A stretch of 63,283 nucleotides of DNA, the filler included, from Atractiella rhizophila (Eukaryota), in the NCBI GenBank assembly GCA_021432655.1. It is 12 parts of 12 records of this genome, joined end to end, with 100 filler letters (N's around TTAATTAATTAA, not from the genome) between each part and the next. Parts side by side here need not be neighbours in the genome. Positions count along the whole stretch, not along the records: positions 38,620 to 43,959 come from MU272378.1; positions 44,060 to 49,397 come from MU272379.1; positions 49,498 to 54,831 come from MU272380.1; 9 more parts are not named here. One strand, given 5' to 3'. The translations under genes and the position numbers were made by a program. Shown in pieces: positions 40,235-51,610 of the stretch (position 1 is its first letter; each line of letters begins with the position of its first letter). The notes under the pieces were generated by a model, which was not told the origin of the DNA, did no database searches, and saw only the letters and a list, made by a program, of their open reading frames with translations.

Positions 40235-41919
40235 TCAACCTATCTCGTACTTGTGTCATTTCGATCTCATGTACCACCAAACCAAGTACGTACGTATTAA
40301 TTAGCATCCAAAGTGATAGAGCAATCAAGTTGTATCGGAGTCAGACAGGATGGCAACATGTCCAATGTCCAGCGTATCTCCACCCTACATATATATATTT
40401 CCTGGACCCCAATAACACCGAAGAGATGATGAAACCCAGCGTAGTCTTGCTTGTTGAAACTGGCGAAATCGCTCCCATAGTACAAGGAGATTATGGACAT
40501 ATTTTCCATTCAAGTTGTACGCCGATTGATCCGAGCTCGAATCATGATGATATTTCTCGCGCCTTCTGTTTGATCTGTTGCACACTCTGGCGTCGGGAAA
40601 CGATGTGCGAGATCGCTACTCAGTACTCCATGTCAATTCAAGTTTTTGTTCGGTTCCCGCGTTTTTCGCAGTGTTCTTCGTAATCAAGCTTTGCACATCT
40701 GTGAGCATGATAGTATGATGCGTTCATGTTGAAATTTGGAAAGATGTTTTGCAGCACATTCGTGGCTTCAGGGATACATGCCATTTACACAAAATGTTCT
40801 CTGAGTCTTTTTTAGCACTTCTTGAGCATCATCCATATCATATATGCTTTTACGATTACTGCGAGCACCTCGGATTCCTATCTTTTCTCGCAGTGACCAG
40901 GCTGAGAAAAGTCTTCATGATCTCTGTTAGTTCGCTCTGCAAATTGTCGTCTAACCCGCCGAACATTAGTTTCATTAGCGAGTGCAGGAGACGACATACC
41001 GGTGCCCGAAGAAACCTTGCCCCAATTAGGCGAAGAGGTGCACTGCGACTATCTGAGGCGTCTCAACAGCGACCCATGTCTCCGGTTCTAAGTGCCTAGG
41101 CTTTTATCTCCCCTTTACTTGATCGACGACGATGGTCGACAATCGTCCAAATTATACTTCGCTCTCTGAGATCGCCACCGACCGACACCATTGCTCTTGC
41201 TGAGACCCTCCAACCACGGCCAAACCTGATGTAGGATTTGGAATGAAAATGACAGAAAAATGACGGAACAACAAATTCTCTTGCCATGCGCGAAACTCCT
41301 CAATCGTGTCTTTCGTGCCTCGAAGATGCGATGTAACTGTCGATTTCTTTGGGCGGAGCCATACCGTCACGCGTAGCGTCAGCTCTCATCTTTTTCTTAC
41401 GAGGCCCTTCCTAGGTCTCTGAAAGTGCACGTCTTGCGGAACTTCTATCTCGTTGCACCTCCCTGGCCCTTTTTCAGTTTATTTCCCCTTGTGCAACCTC
41501 GGGATCTTTGTATTCTCGGCGCGCCAAAGCCTCCTGTACTTTGCCGAATTCAAAGCGACCTCCACCACCCTCATGATATAGAAAGGGAACTCTATTCTCA
41601 AGCGAGTACACATGAATGGAGCTGCTGACATTGCTCCCGTGTCAGTCTGGAGTTGGGGGACAGTAGGATCAAGTTTTCCTAGAGCCTGTGATGGTAGGAA
41701 GATTGTTTGGAGCGAATGGTCTTCCATGTTTTACGGCCTGGGATCGACGAGATGGACGAGAAGCAAGGAATTAATTATGTGTAGAGGTACCTCTGTTAGT
41801 GTGCTTTAGATACACCAAATACTAGAAACAACCAGGCCAGAATTCGCTGATTCGCAACGCATCTCACAGGAGTCTGACAGATATAGTCTGGCAGCTATAT
41901 GACGACCTGGATGAACTGT

Positions 41920-42940
41920 TCATCGGAATCCGCCCAAGTCCAATTCGCCAACTTTCTCTATGGTCTTCTTCCATGCATCCCTAGCATAAACTCTCTCCCT
42001 CCACTCCGCGACTTTCGGGTAGTCTTTCAGACCAGGGGTCATGTTCATACAATCGACTGGGTAGTGCATCATGATATCAGCCGTCGTGAACTTGTCTCCC
42101 GCAAAATAAGGGGTCTTTGAGAGATTGTCTTGGAAGACATGGAGCATCTTCGTTACATCCGGTTGCTAACCACCGAATTTGAGCCTGAGTAGTCAAGAGA
42201 GGGAGCGAGATAAACGGACCACCATCCTGCTGTTCAGAGCGCCGGAAATGCCGTTCACGATGGGACGGATGAGGAGCGGGGTGTTCTTGGGAAGAGCACG
42301 AGCGATAATGGCGATGAGGAGAGGAGGCATGGCGGTTCCCTGTTCCATCACATCCAGCAGTTAGTGTTTTGTCTAATCGTGCAAAGGAAACAGACCTCAG
42401 CCATGTGCATGAAGTAGTGGTAATTGTACTTTTGTTCGAGCGTGGCATTGGAATCGGAGGCGTAAGAGAACTTGTGTTCTTTGTCAAACAGGTCCAAGAG
42501 GACTTCCATGATCGCTTTTCACATGGACAGTAAGAAGACTCGTATGTGTAGGGTAGAGGAAGCGACTAACCTCCAGACTCGGCCAACATCATCTTTGGCT
42601 GCCCAGGGATCTCAACTTCGAGGACGGGAGCCTGCGTCAATGTCATTAACGAATTCGAGTTGGAGAGGAAGAAAAAAGGGACAAACCTTTCCGAGGGGAG
42701 AGAGGGCCGTCAATTCCTTCGGCGCTCTCATATCAGCTCCTCTCTTATATTCCACAAGCTGTTCAAGCGCATAAGCATAAGCAACATCAGCTCACGACTC
42801 ATGTATGAATTGATGGAGGAAAATCGCACGTCATACTCGACTCCCAGCTCCTCGAGCAACCACACGATCCTGTGGGCTCGGCTGCGATTCAGCCAGTGCA
42901 GAGTGAGTTTTGGCTTCGTGGTTTGACTTTCTGAAGACAT
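41920..42940 (-). CDS. Glutathione S-transferase (GTT1-like)
   Basis: LTLHWLNRSRAHRIVWLLEELG, SPLGK, ESG, YFAGDKFTTADIMM. Multiple short introns. Confidence 0.9.
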
Positions 42941-44059
42941 TTTGAGGTGGGACGTAATTTGCGAAGTCCTTTGGAGGGCTGACGAGAGCATAAAGCGACG
43001 AGTTCGTGGTTTTAAGAGAACGCAGCGTGGTCACATCGTCTTGCGGTTTTGTTGTTTCAGTCCGGTCATCCGGTTAACAAGCCGCCGACGGATGTAGAGT
43101 GAGACGATGATGAGACTTGGCCGGCTTCACCCTAGGCTGCACCACTCTCAATGATAACAAGTCTATGACATTCAGCAGCTCGATAGCTGTCGAAAGGCTT
43201 TAGAGTGTCATTCTAACACGGAACCTCGCACAGGAGGATTTTCTCGCGACCCAAAGGGAAACCTAGTGGGTTTCGGTCGGCGGACGAGGAGATTTGTGTC
43301 CCCGACTCGCGCGTTTTACGAGAGGCAGTTCGAGCTTCGTGTCTGCAGAAGGGAGGGTCATCAGGTTTGTAGACTTTGGACCTAAATGGGTGGGTGCCTT
43401 CGTTCTCCAAAACAAATGGCTGCTCGTTTGCCCGAAGAATGCTGCAAAATACAAGTTGTGGCGCAAGAGACATGTCCAATGGTGTTCTGACCTGAGGGTT
43501 ACATTTGCACAGAGGGTTTATTCTGAGGAATGTGGCAAGAGGGCAATCTCGTTGCTGCAGAGAAAATCGAATTGATGTATACGCAGACTTGAAACACCTA
43601 AGAAACTTGAGCCGTTGACTACATCAAATATCATCAGATAAGTGAAAGTAGTCGTGCAGTTTTACCAGATGATTTTGTGGATAGACGGGCAAAGACTTGG
43701 GGTTGTTTTTGAGGGGGCTGGGTTGTAATTGTATCGAAAGGAGACGACCCTCACTGAAGCTTCTGATAGTGTCAGAGGTGGGAATGACTGAGGACCGACG
43801 GACGGTGTTGGAGAGAACATCGCTGCTGAATTCCGAGACTCTTTGATGTTGCCCAAGTATCACTTTGGGGACTACTCGGGATGTAAGGATCAAGTTTTCT
43901 GGTGCTGAGGATATTTTTTGAAGTGAATAGTCTTCGGATTGATTTACGCGCAGAGGTACNNNNNNNNNNNNNNNNNNNNNNNNNNNNNNNNNNNNNNNNN
44001 NNNTTAATTAATTAANNNNNNNNNNNNNNNNNNNNNNNNNNNNNNNNNNNNNNNNNNNN

Positions 44060-45902
44060 CTCTCGTTCAACCTCTCCCGCTTGTAGAGCTCTCCAACGAA
44101 TTCGAAGTGGCTCATCAACCAATCTACATGAAATACATACATATTAGCATATGAAAGCCATAAACATAAATAGGAAATATTTGAATGGCCGGACGTACCC
44201 ATTCCTCCCGCAATCTGCTTTCGTTGCAGATATGCAGCACCTCCCGCCGCTATCAATCCAGCAGCGCCAGCAGCAATCTTATAAGGCATCCATCCACCAG
44301 AAGTAGGAGGGGGACCGCGAGAGCTGGCGACCATTGTACCTGAGGCTGCAGCGGCGGAGGCTGTGCTCGACGCATTACTCGAGAAGGGGGAGAGGCCAAA
44401 GGCATCCAGGATCTGATGACCAGACTGTGCATACGAGAAGTATTTCGATCCTTGGGACGTGATGAGCGAGTGATTTAGTCCATAGTATGGCGTATCGTAG
44501 CTGGTTATGCAGGTCAGTCGGTGGTACTCCAGATCTTTTCTCTAGATCAAATTGGATGCTGCATCCCAGGCTCAAGGGCAACAGGTCAATCGCTCTGTCA
44601 AAAGCTTCACATCATGTGGATCGTGAGAACCGGGAATATGAGCAACCACAGCTCTAATCGTAACAAGCCTGAGATGGGGGAGAGCGGCAAATCAAGACCA
44701 TGAACATGCTCTTTCAGGTCTGCTGAGATGGCAAAAACGGAGGAACTGGCAAGATCTGGGAGAATCCGGCACAATATCGTTACGACCTGAGGCTATTTAC
44801 TCAAGGTGATATTCCCACCATCGCCCAGTTTCGGTCGGGACTCGGTCAGTGGAGGAAGTAACAAGGCGATTTTCGGAATTGGCATATCTCTTTCTGTTCG
44901 TCCGAATGGTCTTTGACCATACTCGGACTCTATCTCGCGGTCGTGACTTCTGTCTCATCAACCTCGAGCATGCATTGGCGAAGGATCGAAGATCCATTAC
45001 CGAACGATTAAACAAATGGAAGGACATTATCAAGGAAGTCAGCGGGCATGCTGCTCCGTACCATGGACTCCAAAGATCAGCACGATTGTCAGCAGGATCG
45101 CCTCAAACACAGTTCTACCTTTCGTGCTTCTAACGTAGAGCAGTAAGACCGGGAGTCAAGCGACGAAATGAAGTGCGGGTGTCCGTCCAATGCTGGACAT
45201 TGAACACCTTTAGAACTAGAAGCAAACTCTGGATATTCCAGCTTAAGACCAATTATAGGAAATTAAAGATGGGGTGAGGCTCCAACGTCGGGTGATGGTT
45301 CACATCTGCTTAGAAAGAACGCAAGGAAAGCAGGTCCAATAAAGCTCCGTCGGCTGTAAGAGGCTAAAATTTTAAGACCTCCAGACTCTTAATAGAGCAG
45401 AGATCTATGTGATGCACTTTGTGCATTGCATTTGTATCGCGTAAGAGAAGTCACGTATCGACATTTTTCCCGATGACATCTCCTCTGTTGGCCTCCAGAC
45501 ATCGTTAAATGCTACGCAGCCAAGTTTCCAGAGAGTTGTCTCCCTTTCAAGAGGGGCTAAAGCTGTCTACATTGTTTTTGTGGGAAGGAGAGCCAATGAG
45601 ACTCTAGTTTAAGTCGACTGCCCCCCCCTATGGTCACATCGCGATGGAAGTGTTATCACACGAGCATATCGCAGTATCGTCAACGGAAAAAAGCTCAGAA
45701 AGGGGAGCGAAGCGAATCTCAGACCGTATGAAGAGACGTACGCAACGACACCGACTATCCCAAGTTCCCTCCACACCCTACTAGCGCAATCTGCCGCCAA
45801 TAAACCACCCATAGAATGTGCGAGTAGGATCGTCCGAACTCTACCCCTGCCCTCTCCAGCGGTAGGGAAGCCATCGGGCCAAACCTCCATCTGTCTCTCC
45901 AC
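44060..45902 (-). CDS. Alpha/beta-hydrolase (lipase-like, DUF676/PGAP1-like), internal fragment with a 1241-bp intron
   Basis: Nucleophile motif ILLAHSMGGLLAAD. VGVVA|YDTPYYGL is restored by splicing 45741-44501. Later exon WLMSHFEFVGELY. Confidence 0.8.
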
Positions 45903-47770
45903 NNNNNNNNNNNNNNNNNNNNNNNNNNNNNNNNNNNNNNNNNNNNNNNNNNNNNNNNNNNNNNNNNNNNNNNNNNNNNNNNNNNNNNNNNNNNNNNNNN
46001 NNNNNNNNNNNNNNNNNNNNNNNNNNNNNNNNNNNNNNNNNNNNNNNNNNNNNNNNNNNNNNNNNNNNNNNNNNNNNNNNNNNNNNNNNNNNNNNNNNNN
46101 NNNNNNNNNNNNNNNNNNNNNNNNNNNNNNNNNNNNNNNNNNNNNNNNNNNNNNNNNNNNNNNNNNNNNNNNNNNNNNNNNTGATGTGACTCTGTATACG
46201 TTTTACATGCTGCTCCACTACCTACACATGAAGTTAGACAATCTGCCTCACGTCAAATTCGTTTTAGAACGACAAGTTTGTCAAGTTCCTTCTTAAGAAC
46301 AGGTCTGCAAACGAAGTAAGAGAGTACTATATCCCGACATTCTTACTGGTTTTCGGGAAGCCTTGTCCGCTCCGAGGACAGAGCCCTTGTGAACATGCAA
46401 TCGTAGGGATGTGTACCGGTTTGTGCTGACAATGGTCTATTTGTAAGTGTAACACGGCAAGTAGGACGAACCTCACGCCCTTGGGGTTAGTAACTATGTC
46501 TGTATTACGTACTTCATCGTCAGAGATCAGAGGCAGTTCAAGTACCAAGTGTTGAAGCCATAAAAGACGTCGGCTTTCCGCGCGACGACCACACACGTAC
46601 ACCTGTGCTTCTGTTGCGCTTCTCATCGTTCTTTTCTCGTATTTGTATTATTACCTGACTTCTTATGCGTTCTTTGTGTGGACCTTACTGTTGGAAAGGG
46701 GACAAGAAGACGTTTTTTACAGTTTTATCTATGGGAAAGGATGAAGAAGCGGACAGTCCCTGGGTCCCTATAGGGGAATTTAAGCAACCAACACAACACG
46801 TGGCGCTAACTGAAAGTCCACCGATAAGTGCACGGTGTAAACGGTTGAAACATGCAGTCTAGGTCGTAACTGTCTTGGTCTTGAAGTATCGAAATAGTTG
46901 CCACAACGAACTGACTCTGGACTTCCCTTACCGTCTGCGGGCTTATCTGCCTTCCTAAAACATGACGATCTAACAAATGCTTTCAACCACGCACAGGGCT
47001 AAAGTTCTCGTAAGCCCACGTGTACGTCCGCTATCAGAAAGTCGGGACAACTACACCCACACTAGGCCAGGTACGTAGACACAGAAGACGAAGACATTAA
47101 GGGCTAGAACTGCACACGGACCTTGCCGCGCGAATTAACAATAACTAAATTACGAGTCGACATGCGATTCCATCACTCGGTTCGTTCTAACTGCGGAGAC
47201 TGACAGGGTACTCTCTGTACCAGACTTAATCCTCATAGTATAAGGCGAGTAAACCTTTGTCTTTGCTTCTAAACCACTTTGACATAAAAGTTACAGTTAT
47301 ATAGCTCACTGTGTATCTTACCTTCCGCAAGGAGAGGAAGTGTAGATTGAGCGAAGAGTATTGGTTTAACCAACCTGTGTTACGTTTTATGCGATCCCTA
47401 AAAAAACGGGTTAGGCGTTATTTGGCTGAAGGCTTAGGACTTCAAAACGTTCGACTTATGTTAACAACCGAATCGCATTTGCCGCATTAGCATTGTCCTT
47501 GCCGGTTCCTGCTTTCTTCCTCCCTGCTTGATACTCGCTACTTCGCGCAGTATGCTTCGGCCAGGGCATCCCTGTCCGACTGAGGTTAGATAAAGCGGAA
47601 AGTGGCCAAACAAGCTCTGGGTTACCCACTTAGACGAAGTGGTAATGGTCTTTTGATAACAAGTTAAATTTTATTTCATTAGAACCTACACCACGACGAG
47701 AAGGATCATACTCATTCATTGACAAAGCAAATTTTCTTCTCGTCTGTATTCAGCATAGAGAAACAAGACA

Positions 47771-48791
47771 ATGTCCAACGCCACCTACCGCATCGTCTTC
47801 TTCCTCTCCACAGCCGGACAGGACCCCTCTGAAGTCTCGATTCCTTGGAAATACCTCACCTCTCAAGGAGTTCAAGTGGAATTTGCGACCGAAGATGGAA
47901 AGCCAGCGACATGCGACCAACGGATGATCAATGGACTTTTGGCCGTCTTGATGGTTTGTGGTCCATTTTATTGTTTTTCTGCAGGACGCTAAGGAGATGA
48001 ATCGTCAAAAGGGGGCGACAGCTGAAGCTAAGCGAGCACACGCCGAACTGGTCCAGACCGAAGCATGGCAGCACCCGCATTCGTGGACCTCCCCAACCTT
48101 CCAAGAAGACCTGAAACAATATGACGGCATCCTGCTACCTGGAGGACACGACAAAGGCATGCGTCAATACCTTGAGTCGACCTCCCTCCAAAAACTGCTC
48201 GCCGATTTTTTCCCACTTTCTTCTCGCTCCGGAAGTGACAAGAAGGTCGTGGCAGCGATCTGTCATGGTGTCCTCGCGCTCGCTCGCTCCAAGAAGGGAG
48301 ACAAAAGCGTACTCGCGATTAACGAGGGAGTAGAGACGACTACCCTACCTGTACATTTGGAAAGGTTCGTCGTACCTCACCCTGGGTACATATCGCAAGC
48401 TGAAGACTGTGCATGATGGAACCCACAGATTCGCTTACGTTGTAACTGCCCCCTTCCTGGGCAAGTACTACAGGACATATGATGCATATTGTGCCACGGA
48501 GGTAATTGCACATCGCTCATCTTTCTCCCTGCATTGACATACATGGAAGGTTCAATCATTGCTCGCCAAACCCTCCCTTTACAAAAGAGGTGGTTTTTTC
48601 GATACCCGTCCTTTCGTTGTGGTGGATAAGAAGTCAGTATTCCCTTCCTCACACACCCCCCTATCGCTGATGTCCTGACATCCTGATGGGATAGCCACTA
48701 TTATGTTTCTGCGAGGTTTCCGGGAGACGCGCAAAAGTTCGCGGAGAACTTTTTACAGCTGTTGAAGGAAGCGAGGGCTGTTTCTGCATGA
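47771..48791 (+). CDS. DJ-1/PfpI (class I glutamine amidotransferase-like) family protein
   Basis: DPSEVSIPW, YDGILLPGGH, nucleophile elbow VAAICHG, YVSARFPGDA. Confidence 0.9.
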
Positions 48792-49016
48792 AACTGGCAT
48801 GTGGCGTCCAAAACTGAGCCAGAGCACCATCCGATGTTTAATTTATTTTGATATTAGTATCTAGATACCTTGGTTACTTGATTCCCTTGTTTTGACCTTA
48901 TGAGGGATTCTTTGCAATTCATGCTTCATAAACATACATTCGACAGTGGCAAGGCATATCAGCTATGATATTCTGCGATTGAACACGGTAGGATCGAAAT
49001 AAATAGGGAGAACAGA

Positions 49017-49397
49017 TCACTCAACCTTCGTAGCGTCCTCATCAAGCTCATCTTTATCCTCGTTCGGAGCTCGACCTCCCTTCTCATCTCCGCTTCCTCC
49101 ATTGAATGAAATTTCATCTTCCGAATAAAAAAACTCTTCAGGCTTGTCAAGTTCTTTCTGTTTCTCCTTCTTCTTTTCCTCCACCTTTTTCGCAGGTTCA
49201 ACCACCACGTTGTCTTCTGCACCAGGATCATTAGAACTTGAATTGAAAGCAGTAGGAGGAGGAGGAGCTGAGGGACCGTTGGTAGAGCTTCCAGGAAGTT
49301 GTATCGTCGACATGTTTTGTACCTGTGCCTCTGGTCGTGGATGCTTTGGTGGTCTTCCTCGCTTCCGCGGTGGGTCTCCAGGCTGTCGACGAGTGTA
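49017..49397 (-). CDS. 3' end of an AT-hook-containing protein
   Basis: The open frame from the scaffold end includes PPRKRGRPPK (AT-hook), then an acidic tail to the stop at 49017. Confidence 0.55.
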   Translation of the reverse strand, partial: YTRRQPGDPPRKRGRPPKHPRPEAQVQNMSTIQLPGSSTNGPSAPPPPTAFNSSSNDPGAEDNVVVEPAKKVEEKKKEKQKELDKPEEFFYSEDEISFNGGSGDEKGGRAPNEDKDELDEDATKVE

Positions 49398-49510
49398 NNN
49401 NNNNNNNNNNNNNNNNNNNNNNNNNNNNNNNNNNNNNNNNNTTAATTAATTAANNNNNNNNNNNNNNNNNNNNNNNNNNNNNNNNNNNNNNNNNNNNTGT
49501 CTTCTTCCAG

Positions 49511-51058
49511 GCGACATCCGGAGCTACCAATAACTGCTCGGAGGGATGTATCGCTGGCTCTTCCTGGTGAGTGATTTTCAACTTCGTTCTACGGCATTCC
49601 AATTCTGACCGGCTTATGGTCAGCAACGATGCCAACGGAATCTGCTATTGGGACAATCCTACCCCTTCATTGGGAAACTGGCGCATTCCAGTTGGAGCGA
49701 CATCGACGATCACTTATGCTGGTCTTGACAACGGCAACAGCGCTGCTTGGTTCGTGCCAACTGTAGTTGATGTTTGCAAGGCTGACATTCTGATGTAGGA
49801 GTGGAAACTTTGCGTATGTTTCCTGCAACTTTTTTCGACCCGGAGGTAACGGCTAGGACAGGTTCTGTGAGGTTGGAACGAGCTGTACCGCCGACGACGC
49901 GACTTGCGAATCTGCAGGGTGCAGTGCCAACGGGCCAGGTATGTTTTCCCCTGGTTTGCTGCGACAAATATACTTAGTCGATCACCACGACTGTTAGGTG
50001 GAAAGGCGGAGTTCACCCTTGTGAAAACCGGCATCGACTACGGAGACCTCTCCAACATCCATGGTCCGCTATTCGACTTTTACCCTCATCGTTTCTAACA
50101 CCCTTGGCCAGGTGTCAACGTTCCCATCTCCATAACCCCATCAGTCACCAACGCAGACTCTGGGAACCCTTACACGTGCGCGAACGTTGGGTCTCCTAAC
50201 CCCAACACCGGACTCGGAGGCGACAGCTGGAAATTTTCTCCTCCTGGGGATGAATACCAGTGGGCTACGGGGGGGAGTCAGGCGTCGTGTTCTTCGAACG
50301 CCGATTGCTCTGGAGGCGAGGTCTGTGGAACCGCCGCCGTCAATGGTCAGCTCGCGAGGGTTTGCGGAGCTCTCAGTGGATACTGGACCGTAAACCAGGC
50401 TTGTGTAGTTGATGGAGACTCGGATATCTTCGGCTGCTCCAATTCTGTGACTAATGGTATCATCTTCGTCACTTTTAAGAACATCCCTCGCTGACCTGAA
50501 AACAGGTGCTTTCACTGGCACGGTCGGTGCGTTCCAAGGTTGTGGGGTTACCTCTGGTGCGTGTTCGGTATCCAGTTTGACATATGCTGATCTACTATTT
50601 CCTTTACTTCAGGATCGTGCTACCAGCCTGGAGCCGATAACGCCTGCTGTGGTTGTGCTCAGTGGGAGAGCATGAACATCGGCGTCCCAGCCTGTTCGTG
50701 CCGCTCTTCCTCCTCTTATCAATCAGTCTGACAGCTCGGAAAGCCACTGGTGACTGCGTCAACTCCTCGCCGGCTTGGACTGAGACAATTCTCCCCACCA
50801 TCCAGTGGCTGAAGACTGGGTCTCCTTCTGGATACACCTTCCGTGCGTCTTTCTCCTCATTCCATTTTGCATGGTAAGAACTTGGAAATATTCGTTATGT
50901 AGCCTACGACGACTTTTCAAGCACGTTCACGTGCCAAAACATCGTATGTGTTCATTATATGCTCCAGACTTGGTGTAACGTCAATGTAGGAGAACGGCTT
51001 CAATACGGAAGGATACACGATCGAACTTTGCCCTAACGGTATTGATTACCTGGCCTAA
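49511..51058 (+). CDS. Thaumatin-like protein (5'-truncated, many introns)
   Basis: KAEFTL...DYGDLSNIHG|VNVPISITP, a Cys-rich core, AYDDFSSTFTC and YTIELCP. Confidence 0.88.
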
Positions 51059-51610
51059 GTTCTCGTGTTGAGGAAAGGAAAGCATCACTAAGTTAATATC
51101 GAAGATTGTTGGATTTTGCAGTCTAGTTTCGTGCCACTCAGTGGCAAAGTCCTTTAGTTTTCTGGAATGTTCTACTATTTTCTAGTTGCCACTGCTGTAA
51201 GCTATATAAACACATAGAATTCCATTTCCTGGTGCTCATGCGTTTGCAAGAGCTCAGCCAAACGTAACCAAGTCGTACTTAGCTCCGCTCCTCAGCCCGT
51301 CGATTTCCAACAAAGATTAATTTGTACTCCCATCTTGTCTTGTCTCTGTATAATGTTCGCGATGAGCCTTGAAATATAACAACGATCGAAGGCACAGCCC
51401 TGGAACAAATCAAATGAAGTGACCTTGTGCCAACTCTCTCTGATCTTCAAGGCGGAAGAAATTAACGGAACCGACACATCAAGGTCGCTCTTCCGAGTCG
51501 ATGGCGATGATTAGTGGGTAATTCCTCTTCTTGATTTGTTAATTGTGTTTGATGGATGCTCCTCGCCGAGCAGGGCTTGATGGGCCATGAAAGGCCACCG
51601 ACACTATCTA

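Noticed and set aside
40300..41800. Several short ORFs between RBX1 and GST
   Set aside because: No recognisable motif and no consistent exon chain; possibly a decayed gene, but not supportable.
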